Part shown: positions 45,778 through 55,588 of the stretch, one piece after another
Layout: every line of letters begins with the position of its first letter
How positions within the stretch are numbered: the first letter of the stretch is position 1
Translations under genes and position numbers: made by a program
The notes under the pieces: model-generated
Told to the model about the DNA's origin: nothing
Database searches by the model: none
Seen by the model: the letters and a program-made list of their open reading frames with translations, nothing else
IMG/VR virus record: IMGVR_UViG_3300011693_000001
Coordinates: 124,001 to 188,000 of that record
Reading direction: 5' to 3' (one strand)
DNA from: an uncultured virus (IMG/VR IMGVR_UViG_3300011693_000001)
Lineage: Duplodnaviria; Heunggongvirae; Uroviricota; Caudoviricetes
Length of the DNA stretch: 64,000 bases

Positions 45778-46945
45778 TCGTAGTAGAGAATGTCGACGGC
45801 GCGTTGCGTTTAGTCTGCAAGGAGCGTCACGAATTCGGACTGCTGCAACCAAACATGGTATCTGACCCCGCTTCTTTCTTCAATGTAATCGAAGCCGGTA
45901 CGGTCGAAGGGTTTGTTCCGTATCTGAAAGAAGGTACACAAGTGGATTTCTGGATCAATGATCGATCAGTTGGAAAGCAAGGCTAAAGCCAAACTGGTTA
46001 TTACCGTACCGCTGAAGGAGAAATCTGTGAAAAAGAATTGTGATGGTTGCGCTGCGAACATGCCTGTAGTTGAGAAAACTCTGCTAGGCAAAACTGTAAA
46101 AATGCATACCAACCCGGCGACAGGTCGCACGCATATGATCTGTACAGCTGAGCGTTACAACAAGCAGAAATAAGAGTTCAATTGGCCGCATCTTCATTCG
46201 AGGATAGCGGCCAGTTGCATTTGTGGGGCATTTATGGAAATTGAAGGAATAACCCGGAAAGCCTATAAGGTAATCCGATCAAAGGATAATACATACGATG
46301 ATTTAGAGGTCATCCGATGTATAGTCAATTGCTCTCGTTTTCATAACGTACGAACCACAGCTCGCTTGAAAGAGCTTATCTACGAACGTGTACCTAAGAT
46401 AACGAAAGAGCAGTTCAGTCGTTGCCTGAAAATCGTAACGGATAGTATGGGAAAGGATTGAAGCAATCTCCGGTATAAGACCTTTCCATGTTTAATATTG
46501 ATAGACGCACTCTGATTACCAAGCTGCCGTATAAAACGGTGAACAACCACGGCGAGTTATTGAGTGCGCTGCGTAGATTTCGCATCAGATTGATTGAGGT
46601 AGATAATGAACAGCACGTTCGAGCGCACACCTCCGCGCCAGTCGACACGTAATCTTCAAGTATGGACAGGCACGTTAGATAGCCTCAAGAAAAGAATGCT
46701 TGCACGGCAACGGCTTGATCCAAAGATTGTTCATATCTATTCTGTAAATAAAGCGGAAGATGTTTTCATCTGGTCATCCACCACAATCGATGACAAGATA
46801 ACTAAAGCCCTCAACCTAAAACTGGTAGAGAGCTTTGCCTTGCAACCCAAACTAAACTCAAACACCGCAGATAAAGGGCCGTCAATGGAGTGCCCACTAA
46901 CTACAAATGCGCTAATATAAATGCTGACCCTTATAAGGTAGTGTA

Positions 46946-49900
46946 ATGATCGAAACGATTATCAAGCGGAATGGGACAGAAGAACCGCTCATCCCGCATA
47001 AGATTAACGGCTGGGGCGAGTGGGGTGTTCTTAACCTCGATGTGTATGTTGATTGGTCCAGTATTGTTCTGGAAACTGTCGGCTCACTCCCTACTGTTGT
47101 TAGCTCGCAAGTGCTGCAAGAGCAATTGATCAAGACTACGTTGGATCAAGATGGCTGGTCGCCGCAGTTGTTCGCCGGTCGTCTGTTTGCTGTCTATCTG
47201 CAAAAGAAAATCTTTGGCGACAAGATTCCCACAGTTAAAGAACAGCATGAGCGTCTGCACCGTCTCGGTTTCATGGTTAAACTGAACTACAGCGACGAGG
47301 AATATGCACAGGTAGAAGAGTGGATCGATCACCAGCGTGATATGAATTGTCCGCACTTCGCACTCAAGCAAGTTCGGGAAAAGTATTCGCTGCAAAATCG
47401 TGTTACCCGCGAAGAGTACGAAACTCAACAGTTCGTTTACATGCGAATGGCTATGGCCTTGGCTGAAGACCAACCTGCTGAACGTCGCATGCAGGATGTA
47501 TATGCTTGGTACGAGCACTTCTCCCATAAGCGTATCAATGCACCAACGCCGAACTATGTGAACCTCGGAACCAAGCTACGTGGTTACGCTAGCTGCTGTG
47601 TATTCACTACTGAAGATGATGCTCGTTCGCTAGCGATAGGCGACCATATCGCTTACATTATGACGTGCATGAGCGCCGGTATCGGTAGCTTTATTAAGAC
47701 ACGTAGTATCGGCGATGCTGTTCGTGGCGGTCTGATCAAGCACAAAGGTAAGTATGGTTACTATGATGTGCAAGATGCTGCGGTACATGCAAACCTGCAA
47801 AATGGCCGTGGTGGTGCGCTGACTACACACAACAATGCCTTCGATCCTGAAATCGAATTGCTGACTCGTCTGAAGAATCCGCGTTCTACAGAAGACAAAC
47901 AGATTCGCGGCCTCGACTATAGCTTCTCTGCTAATCGTTTGTTCGACCGCAAGGCTCTGAAAAATGAACCGATCTTCACGTTTAACTGCTTTACTGCGCC
48001 TGATTTGTTTGACGCATTCTACGGCAAAGACATTGAACTGTTCGAAAGTCTCTACGCGAAATACGAAGCCGACGAAAGCTTCCCGAAGAATTGGGTTAGC
48101 GCCCGTGAGATTCTGCTGGTTGCCCTGAATGAAGCCTTCGAGACAGGCCGTCATTACGAAACCAACATCGAAGAAATGAATCGGCACACGCCGTTCAAAG
48201 ACCCGATCTACAGCAGTAACCTCTGTGTAGCTCCAGAAACCTTATTGATGACTAAACAAGGTTATCAGAGGATTGGCGATCTTGACGGGCAAAAGGTCAC
48301 TGTATGGAATGGCTCTGAATGGAGCCGCACTGCCGTAGTTAAAACAGGGACTAATCAGAAACTACTCAAAGTAATAACTGATTCAGGCCATGAGTTGAAT
48401 TGCACCCCTTACCACAAGTTCTATTTGTTCAACGGTTACGGTAAGCCTTACCGTGAAGTAAGGGCGCATGAATTACGATCAGGGGATAAGCTTGCTAAGT
48501 TTGAATTACCAGTTATACACGGGCGGAAAAAACTAAAGCAAGCTTACGTTAATGGTTTCTATAGTGGCGATGGTTGCCTTACACGCGAAGGTCAACGTAT
48601 CTATCTGTACGGTGAAGAGAAGATCGCTTTGGCCGAAAGGTTTGAAGGTGGATCAGATTGGACCGTTCAGGAAAAGCATAACCGTATTTACAAGCACTAC
48701 CATGATCTACAAGATAAGTTCTTTGTACCTCAAGCAGATTACACAGTACAGACTCGCCTTGAGTGGTTAGCTGGTTGGTTGGATGCAGACGGTTGTGTTT
48801 ACCGTAATGGGACTAATCAGCAGTTAGTTGGAGTTTCTAACGAATTCGACTTCCTCTCACGTGTACAGCTGATGCTCCAAACTCTTGGAGTAAATGCTAA
48901 GATCGTTAAAGCCTGTGATGCTGGCCCGCAGCTTATGCCGTTGAATGACGGCAGTGGCGATATGGGCGAGTTTAATTGCAAGGCTGCGTGGCGTTTGTTG
49001 ATTAACTCTAATGACGCTCAAACCTTAGTGCGGATGGGAATCGACTTTGGCCGACTGGAACTGGCCGAACATGAACCTCAGCGTAGTGCAGCTCGTTTTA
49101 TTTCCGTAGAAGATATCATCGATGAAGGACGTATAGATGATACTTATTGCGTAAATGAACCAAAAAACCATACTGTTATGTTCAACGGTATCCTTACGGG
49201 ACAATGCCAAGAAATCGCGCTGCCTACAAAGGGCTACGTCGATATGCGTGATCTATATTCCGAAGAGGATCATGGTCGCGGTGAAGTAGGTATGTGCTCG
49301 CTGGGCGGTATCGTTATCAGTAACATTGAAAACGATGCGCAGTACCAAGATGCTATGTACTATACACTGTTGATGATCGACAAGTGTATTCATCTGAGTG
49401 ACTACGCTCTGCCGCATATTGGTGTGACAGCAAAAGCGCGTATGAGTGCTGGCGTTGGTATCATGGGTTACGCTCATTACCTTGCTCGCAAGGGAATCAA
49501 GTACAGCACGCAAGAAGGTAAAGAGGAACATCACCGTGTTGCTGAAAAGCACATGTACTTTGCAATCGAAGCCAGTTTGCGCCTCGGCAAAGAACTCGGT
49601 AATGCTCCTTGGATGCACAAAACACTTTGGCCGGAAGGTTGGATGCCGATTGATACCTACAATCGCGCAGTCGATCAGATTGTTGCACCGGTGTATCAGT
49701 TCGATTGGGAAGACCTTCGTGCTCGGGTTGTTGCCAACGGTGGTATCCGCAACAGTGTTCTTGTTGCTTATATGCCGGGTGAATCTAGCTCGAAAGCCTC
49801 CGGTACAACCAACAGCATCTATCCGATCCGCGATCTGAATCTACTGAAATCAGATAACGGCGTGGTAATGCAGTGGTCGGCGCCTGAAGGTGAGAAGCTG

Positions 49901-50194
49901 GCTGACGCTTACGAGTTTGCATGGGACATTGAAACCATCCATCAGATTCATATGTACGCGCTGTTCCAGAAGTTTACCGACCAAGGTATCTCTGCCGATA
50001 TGTTCCGTCGTCTAGTTGATGATGAGAAAGTATCATCGCAGGAAATGTTGCGTGATCGGTTCAATCGTACCAAGTTCGGTCTGAAGTCCAAATATTATCA
50101 GAACGTTCTTACCACAGACGGTACTGATCTGACTATTGGAACTGAAAATGCTGCGGGTGCTGCCGGTTGTGCTGGTGGGGCTTGCACTCTATAA
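46946..50194 (+). CDS. nrdA: Class Ia ribonucleotide reductase alpha subunit, intein-containing
   Basis: N-terminal ATP-cone IIKRNG; PTP, ASCC, SNLC.EI (after splicing), MPGESSS, DQGISA, KSKYY; C-terminal CAGGAC. Confidence 0.97.
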   Translation: MIETIIKRNGTEEPLIPHKINGWGEWGVLNLDVYVDWSSIVLETVGSLPTVVSSQVLQEQLIKTTLDQDGWSPQLFAGRLFAVYLQKKIFGDKIPTVKEQHERLHRLGFMVKLNYSDEEYAQVEEWIDHQRDMNCPHFALKQVREKYSLQNRVTREEYETQQFVYMRMAMALAEDQPAERRMQDVYAWYEHFSHKRINAPTPNYVNLGTKLRGYASCCVFTTEDDARSLAIGDHIAYIMTCMSAGIGSFIKTRSIGDAVRGGLIKHKGKYGYYDVQDAAVHANLQNGRGGALTTHNNAFDPEIELLTRLKNPRSTEDKQIRGLDYSFSANRLFDRKALKNEPIFTFNCFTAPDLFDAFYGKDIELFESLYAKYEADESFPKNWVSAREILLVALNEAFETGRHYETNIEEMNRHTPFKDPIYSSNLCVAPETLLMTKQGYQRIGDLDGQKVTVWNGSEWSRTAVVKTGTNQKLLKVITDSGHELNCTPYHKFYLFNGYGKPYREVRAHELRSGDKLAKFELPVIHGRKKLKQAYVNGFYSGDGCLTREGQRIYLYGEEKIALAERFEGGSDWTVQEKHNRIYKHYHDLQDKFFVPQADYTVQTRLEWLAGWLDADGCVYRNGTNQQLVGVSNEFDFLSRVQLMLQTLGVNAKIVKACDAGPQLMPLNDGSGDMGEFNCKAAWRLLINSNDAQTLVRMGIDFGRLELAEHEPQRSAARFISVEDIIDEGRIDDTYCVNEPKNHTVMFNGILTGQCQEIALPTKGYVDMRDLYSEEDHGRGEVGMCSLGGIVISNIENDAQYQDAMYYTLLMIDKCIHLSDYALPHIGVTAKARMSAGVGIMGYAHYLARKGIKYSTQEGKEEHHRVAEKHMYFAIEASLRLGKELGNAPWMHKTLWPEGWMPIDTYNRAVDQIVAPVYQFDWEDLRARVVANGGIRNSVLVAYMPGESSSKASGTTNSIYPIRDLNLLKSDNGVVMQWSAPEGEKLADAYEFAWDIETIHQIHMYALFQKFTDQGISADMFRRLVDDEKVSSQEMLRDRFNRTKFGLKSKYYQNVLTTDGTDLTIGTENAAGAAGCAGGACTL
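48224..49204 (+). mobile_element. Intein (327 aa) with LAGLIDADG homing endonuclease
   Basis: Starts CVAPETL after SSNL; block B CTPYHKF; GFYSGDG and LAGWLDADG; ends H...FNGILTGQ followed by extein CQEI. Confidence 0.93.
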
Positions 50195-50211
50195 ACCTAG
50201 AGGGATAACTT

Positions 50212-50352
50212 GTGGAAGTTCTTGTGTATAAAAACGTGGATGTTGTATTCCAAGAAGTGAGCCACTCGTGCCATCGGGTATCTGAAAAAGTAAACAGCTT
50301 CAGTTCAGGCAGACAACAGGAACATGCTCTGCGTCACTACCATAAGGAATAA
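50212..50352 (+). CDS. Small hypothetical ORF (46 aa) between nrdA and nrdB
   Basis: GAGGG RBS and GTG start; fills the intergenic gap. Confidence 0.35.
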   Translation: MEVLVYKNVDVVFQEVSHSCHRVSEKVNSFSSGRQQEHALRHYHKE

Positions 50353-50413
50353 CTGTAAATAGAAGCAGTTGAGGAGATAATTCTTCAACTGCTTTTTCAG
50401 GATATAACTTGGC

Positions 50414-51532
50414 ATGACTTCTCTCGTTAATCATATTTTCAACGCCGATAAGACGGATTACGAAAACCCTAGTATTTTTCTAGGTCAGGATAAGGGTCTT
50501 CTTGATACAATCAACAAGAAGTTCCCGACAGTGTGGAAGCTGTATAAATCCATGAAGTCCCTCGATTGGGATGAAAACGAATTCGATTATAAGAAGTGTG
50601 AAGTCGAATTTGCTACATGCCCGCGTAACATCTACGATATGATGATCAAGACGCTGGCGTGGCAATGGGAAGCGGATTCAGCTGCGGCGCAATCTATCGC
50701 TCCTATTATCGCTATGTACTCTCCTGCTACAGAAGTGTGGGTTGCATGGCAAAGAATTTCTGACAACGAATCTATTCACGCGCTGACCTACAGTGAAATC
50801 GTACGGAATAGTTTTGTTGACCCTGATAAGGCAATGGCTACAGTTCTCGAAGAGAAGAAAGCTCTGGAGAGACTGAGCACAGTTGCTCATATCATGGGTA
50901 ACGCGAAGATCGTGGGGCACAAGATTGGCCTCGGTATGATCGATAAAGATAGCGATGAAGCTTACGATGCTGTCTTTATGTTTGTCGCAGCGTTGCTGAT
51001 CCTTGAACGCATTCAGTTCATGGCATCGTTCTCGATCACTTTTGCTATTTGTGATCTTGGCTACTTCAATCCGATTGGAAAAGCAGTACAGAAGATTGCA
51101 CAGGATGAACTGGAAGTCCACGTAGCAATGGACAAAGAAGTGCTCCGGCATGAAATGTCTACGGCTCGTGGTGCTGCTGCCTTCGAACGTTGTCGTCCCC
51201 TAATTCAAAAGACGATCGATGAAGTTCTGTTTGGTGAGTATGGTTGGACGGATTATATGTTCTCGGATGGTCGAGAACTGCCGGGTATGAATGCTCAGAA
51301 AGTAAAAGATTGGGTAGGCTTCAATGCCCTCGATGTTTATAGCTTCTTCGGCCTCACACCTCCTGCTGTGCCGAAGACGCTCCCTAATCAACTGCCTTTG
51401 AAATTCATGGAGCGTTGGTTGAACATCGGTAAGATGCAACCAAGCCCGCAGGAAGAAGATGTTGCTATGTACCGCCTTGGTATCATGCAACGTGATGACG
51501 AAGATGCCAACTTCGACGAATTCGACCTGTAA
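50414..51532 (+). CDS. nrdB: Ribonucleotide reductase beta subunit
   Basis: W...E, DS, NE.IHA.TYS, LE.IQF.ASF, IAQDELEVH, PQE...Y. Confidence 0.96.
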   Translation: MTSLVNHIFNADKTDYENPSIFLGQDKGLLDTINKKFPTVWKLYKSMKSLDWDENEFDYKKCEVEFATCPRNIYDMMIKTLAWQWEADSAAAQSIAPIIAMYSPATEVWVAWQRISDNESIHALTYSEIVRNSFVDPDKAMATVLEEKKALERLSTVAHIMGNAKIVGHKIGLGMIDKDSDEAYDAVFMFVAALLILERIQFMASFSITFAICDLGYFNPIGKAVQKIAQDELEVHVAMDKEVLRHEMSTARGAAAFERCRPLIQKTIDEVLFGEYGWTDYMFSDGRELPGMNAQKVKDWVGFNALDVYSFFGLTPPAVPKTLPNQLPLKFMERWLNIGKMQPSPQEEDVAMYRLGIMQRDDEDANFDEFDL

Positions 51533-51785
51533 GTAATTCAGGACCGGACGCACACTCGGTCCTTCTGTTTTAACGGTATCGCTTGTTCGGTACTGCACTT
51601 GCCGAACGGCGATCCCTTCTAGCTTTCAAAAATCATTGAAAACTAAGGAGGTGCTATCATGGTCTAACTTAACTGAAGAAAGCGAGGTAACAAGTGAAGC
51701 ATTATGGAGGCTTCACATTTTGTTGAAGATGATCGACTAGGCGTCAGGTGCAGACACCGGCGATCATTATGTGAGAATTACCTAG

Positions 51786-53495
51786 ATGGAAAATGCAAAG
51801 TTCGCTGAACTGATAAAGTCTTTGTGCGAGGAATTTATCAAGAGCAACAACCCCAACGAAAACTTCAGTGCGATTATGAAGGAGGTACAGGAGCTTCGAA
51901 AAGAAATAGCTGAAATGAAAGCAATGATCGGGGAAAAGCCAAGCGTGCCTGTTCCACCGGAAGAGCCGGAAACTCCAGTTGAAGAACCGGAAAAACCAGA
52001 ACCGGAAAAACCAGAACCGGAAACTCCGAGTGAAGAACCTAAACCCGAACCTGTTGAGAAACTAGCTGTTACGCTAAATAGTTTCAATGGAGGTGATTGG
52101 TCGAAAGGCGTATGGGTGAAGGATAATACACCGCGAGTATCTGTAGCGGACACTCCACAAAACCGCAGTGCGTTCGCAGTCGGAGCTGAAGTATCTCTAG
52201 CTGACAACAAACCACGTAAGGTGGTTAAGCAGGAAGTAGTTGGCACTAATATCAGCATTGATTTATCCGGTGATAAACTCAATCCTGATGTTGTAGGAAA
52301 TCCAAAGCAAATTGTAACCGGTAAACCTACAGGAGAGCCTGTACAGGATACACCGGCACCCGAGCCGAAACCGGACACACCAACTCCACCTTCAGGTAGC
52401 GGTAATTTACCCGCTGCTGGTTTGAACTTAGGAGGTATAGGTAATAACCCGTGGCTTGCTGCTATTAATGGGCCGGATAATGTGCGAGGTAATACGCACT
52501 ACTCGGTTACTAAAGAAGCGCACATCGCCTGCTATACAAAAGGGCTTAACGGTAAACCGTGGATCGCCAGATTACCAATCGCAGGCGAATACATGATTAC
52601 CAAGAACTTCGAGCAACCTAATCAACGTTACGTGAATGATATCCTTGGTGTTATGGATATCATACATAAACACGGAGGTAAGGTGTTGCTTGATATGCAC
52701 AACTACTACCGTTGGTGGAAAAAAGTACCATCTGCTGTAAGCGGTAGGACAAACAAGACACACAATGATCATCTAGCGAAAGGCACCGCTGTATGGACCG
52801 TTATCAACGAACCTGATTGTCCAATCTCTAACGAAGGTCTTGCTGATCTTTGGGTTAAGATTGTTCAAGGTCCGATTGGTAAACATCCCGCTATGTTTAT
52901 GTGTGGTCTGATGAATGAGCCGCATAATCGTGGTGACGATAAGGTTGATATCAACAGTAAGTGGCCGATTGCGGCACAGCTGTGTATCAATAAGATTCGT
53001 GAAGTTAATAGAGAGCTGTGGATCACAGTAGGAGGTAACTTCTACAGTTCAGCTAAGCTGTGGACCAAGGTAAGCAATAATCTTGCTTCTATCAAAGACC
53101 CTGCTGATAAGTTGATCTTTGAAGCGCATCAATACATGGACAAAGGCGGTGACGGTGGTGGCCAATGGGCTAGCCATTCTGATCCAGTATCTGCTGATCA
53201 AGGAACGAAAGATTGGGCAGCATTCTTCAAGTGGTGCGAAGATAACAATGTCCGTGGTATGTGCGGTGAAGTAGGAGGCCCAGCAACAGCGGGTCAATAT
53301 CTGGAAGCGGTAAGGCGTCTGCGTAATGAATTCATTAAGCGTCGCATGCCTATTGTATTCTGGATGGGAGGTACAGGACAGTCAGATGGTTATGCTAACG
53401 GTATGAATACTGCCGCTGGTGTATTGAAACCGAATGCTGCTCCGTTAATGGAAGTAATTGGCACGACATACGCCGATTACGGCCCGAAGAAGTAA
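51786..53495 (+). CDS. GH5 endoglucanase (cellulase-like) with Pro/Glu linkers and an accessory domain
   Basis: RLP, LLDMHNY, LMNEPH (acid/base), FEAHQY, GEVG (nucleophile); PEKPE repeats. Confidence 0.88.
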   Translation: MENAKFAELIKSLCEEFIKSNNPNENFSAIMKEVQELRKEIAEMKAMIGEKPSVPVPPEEPETPVEEPEKPEPEKPEPETPSEEPKPEPVEKLAVTLNSFNGGDWSKGVWVKDNTPRVSVADTPQNRSAFAVGAEVSLADNKPRKVVKQEVVGTNISIDLSGDKLNPDVVGNPKQIVTGKPTGEPVQDTPAPEPKPDTPTPPSGSGNLPAAGLNLGGIGNNPWLAAINGPDNVRGNTHYSVTKEAHIACYTKGLNGKPWIARLPIAGEYMITKNFEQPNQRYVNDILGVMDIIHKHGGKVLLDMHNYYRWWKKVPSAVSGRTNKTHNDHLAKGTAVWTVINEPDCPISNEGLADLWVKIVQGPIGKHPAMFMCGLMNEPHNRGDDKVDINSKWPIAAQLCINKIREVNRELWITVGGNFYSSAKLWTKVSNNLASIKDPADKLIFEAHQYMDKGGDGGGQWASHSDPVSADQGTKDWAAFFKWCEDNNVRGMCGEVGGPATAGQYLEAVRRLRNEFIKRRMPIVFWMGGTGQSDGYANGMNTAAGVLKPNAAPLMEVIGTTYADYGPKK

Positions 53496-53718
53496 AGCCT
53501 GACGTAACTGCTTGGTAGGATTATCTGCCAAGGAAGGCGTTTAGGCGAAATAACATCACATGGTTATCTAAGTTATTTCCCAAGAATTCCTCTGGCGCGA
53601 CTCGCTGCAACATATTGCCTATTAGAGTCGGCCCGAAACAACTGCACGCGCATGATGAAGTACCGACCTAATGCTTCGGACTGGAATCATGCGCTCACGA
53701 ACTATAAAGGATGTCACC

Positions 53719-53991
53719 ATGAAAACTCTTGGATTCGCTGTTATAGTAGCTGTAGTAATAGGTTTGGTAATGGCTGGTGTTCGCGGACCTAATCAAACTG
53801 CTACAGCTAGTGAATACAGTACGTACTCTGGGGTTGAAAAGACGACGTACCATATTGGCGGCGATATTAATGTTACCCGCTTCTATGACAGTGAGCTGGA
53901 TACATATTGCTGGAAAACCGGAGCTAATCAAGGCGGCATCAGTTGTCTTCCCCGTGGCTTTGTAGAGAAATATAAAACCACAGGTAACTAA
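53719..53991 (+). CDS. Small membrane-anchored or exported protein
   Basis: N-terminal hydrophobic helix; C-terminal CW...GGISCLP. Confidence 0.6.
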   Translation: MKTLGFAVIVAVVIGLVMAGVRGPNQTATASEYSTYSGVEKTTYHIGGDINVTRFYDSELDTYCWKTGANQGGISCLPRGFVEKYKTTGN

Positions 53992-54047
53992 TTCGGTAGC
54001 AATTCCGCTACCGTCAAATGCCTCACAAGAGGCTAAGGTTGTATCAC

Positions 54048-54488
54048 ATGAAAAATGAAACTCTTGCTGTATTTCAACACCTGATCGCTTGCGCTGTTTC
54101 TGGTCACACGACTACCTATGAAGAGACAGCGATTGCTACAGGTCTGCCATCTAGCGGAAATGCTCTAGGTGCCGCGTTGACTCCAATCCTAACAGATATC
54201 TTTAGCTGGTGCCGGAAAAACAATCACCCACATTTGACAGCGTTGGTTGTACGCAAGTCTGGTCAGGATGCAGGTTTGCCCGGACGCGGGTTTTGGAATC
54301 TACTAGAGCTGCCTGTTTCGCAGGAAAGAGTTTGCCGCGTTGCATTAACGCTTGTCTTCCAAAACGAAGTGTTTCGTATGTATGGTGGACTTGGAACACC
54401 GCGAACTTTGACGCTGAATCTTCCAGAAGATGAAGCAGAAGCGAAGGCTATACTCAAAGAACTAACCACGACGTTTAAAGAAGCATAG
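54048..54488 (+). CDS. Hypothetical protein, winged-helix-like
   Basis: TTTYEE.A..GL...L..I..WC...P.LTALVV.K...PG.GF. Confidence 0.45.
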   Translation: MKNETLAVFQHLIACAVSGHTTTYEETAIATGLPSSGNALGAALTPILTDIFSWCRKNNHPHLTALVVRKSGQDAGLPGRGFWNLLELPVSQERVCRVALTLVFQNEVFRMYGGLGTPRTLTLNLPEDEAEAKAILKELTTTFKEA

Positions 54489-54715
54489 CTTCAGCAAGCC
54501 CTAATCTGATTGGAGGTAATTTTGCCTTGGGAGCTGTACGTTACGATTTTGCTATTTGTTGTAAACTTTACAATAGGCTTTAGCCGAAGTAAACAGCAGC
54601 ATATAGCGCATCGTCTGATGACAGGTCTGACTATTGGAGTTATGGCCTCTTCTTTGTTCCTGCTCATAGTAGGTGCGAACAATATAGGTTCTACGGCAAC
54701 ACAGCCATTCTAAAC

Positions 54716-54751
54716 AAAGGCCCGATTGGCATTCGCTGATTGGGCCTTTTT
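54716..54751 (+). terminator. Intrinsic terminator
   Basis: AAAGGCCC...GGGCCTTTTT. Confidence 0.8.
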
Positions 54752-54841
54752 CGTTTCAATTGGTAATTTAGGTGTATGTTGGCAACACATTAACTCGCCT
54801 GATACTAGGCAATAAAGAACACCCGATTTGGGGAATAAGAC

Positions 54842-55588
54842 ATGCACCTCCTAGTTTCTCTTTCTGCTGCTAAAGAATTCATGGTTAAGCAGCGTGTAGC
54901 AATCAAAATAGAAACCACTTGGCATCTGGCTACCATTCTTGAGATACACCGTAAATATGTATCTGTTAAGTTTGACGATGGAGATACCGGTGAGTTTGAT
55001 AAGGTAGAAGATGCTGCGGTGGTTAAGATTCTACCGAAAGGCATTAAGAAGCATAAGGCTCCTCTAAAGCTAAAGGAACTAAAAGAACTTATCTCGGAAG
55101 CAGAAACTCCTAAGCTTGATAAGATTGAACGTAAAGTTCAGAAGCCTGTTGTTCCAGCAGCAAAAACAACTGGCGGTAAGAAGATTCAAATCACATTGAA
55201 GCCGGTCGTAGTACCCGCGCTGGATAAGCACGCTAAGCCAGTTGAAGTTCCGCATCCAGTAGCTACTCCTAATCAAGCTGTAAAGAAACCTAGTACGCTG
55301 AAAACTCAACTGAAAATCCACAACGATAAACCTATTCACCCTATGGACCTGAATGCGGGTATGGTTGTGCAGGTAGCACGCGATGCTCAGTTGTTTACTA
55401 TGCTGCTGCTTGAGTACAACGCAGCTACACATAAATGGTCTGCGGTGCAGTTGCGGGAAAATGCCAACCTAGTGCTGATCCCGTCCAATCAAATCTTTAC
55501 CCATAACGGCCCGTTGAGTTCCAGCCAAAAGCTTTGGGAGCATAAATATATGTTCCGGCTGAATAAAATGAAAGAAGGAATGTTCTGA
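54842..55588 (+). CDS. Tudor/SH3-like domain protein with VSLS N-terminus
   Basis: MHLLVSLSA; KYVSVKFDDGDT domain shared with the next gene. Confidence 0.6.
   Translation: MHLLVSLSAAKEFMVKQRVAIKIETTWHLATILEIHRKYVSVKFDDGDTGEFDKVEDAAVVKILPKGIKKHKAPLKLKELKELISEAETPKLDKIERKVQKPVVPAAKTTGGKKIQITLKPVVVPALDKHAKPVEVPHPVATPNQAVKKPSTLKTQLKIHNDKPIHPMDLNAGMVVQVARDAQLFTMLLLEYNAATHKWSAVQLRENANLVLIPSNQIFTHNGPLSSSQKLWEHKYMFRLNKMKEGMF

Noticed and set aside
51955..52055. CCAGAACCGGAAAAA-type DNA repeats
   Set aside because: They encode the Pro/Glu linker of the GH5 protein and are not an independent repeat element
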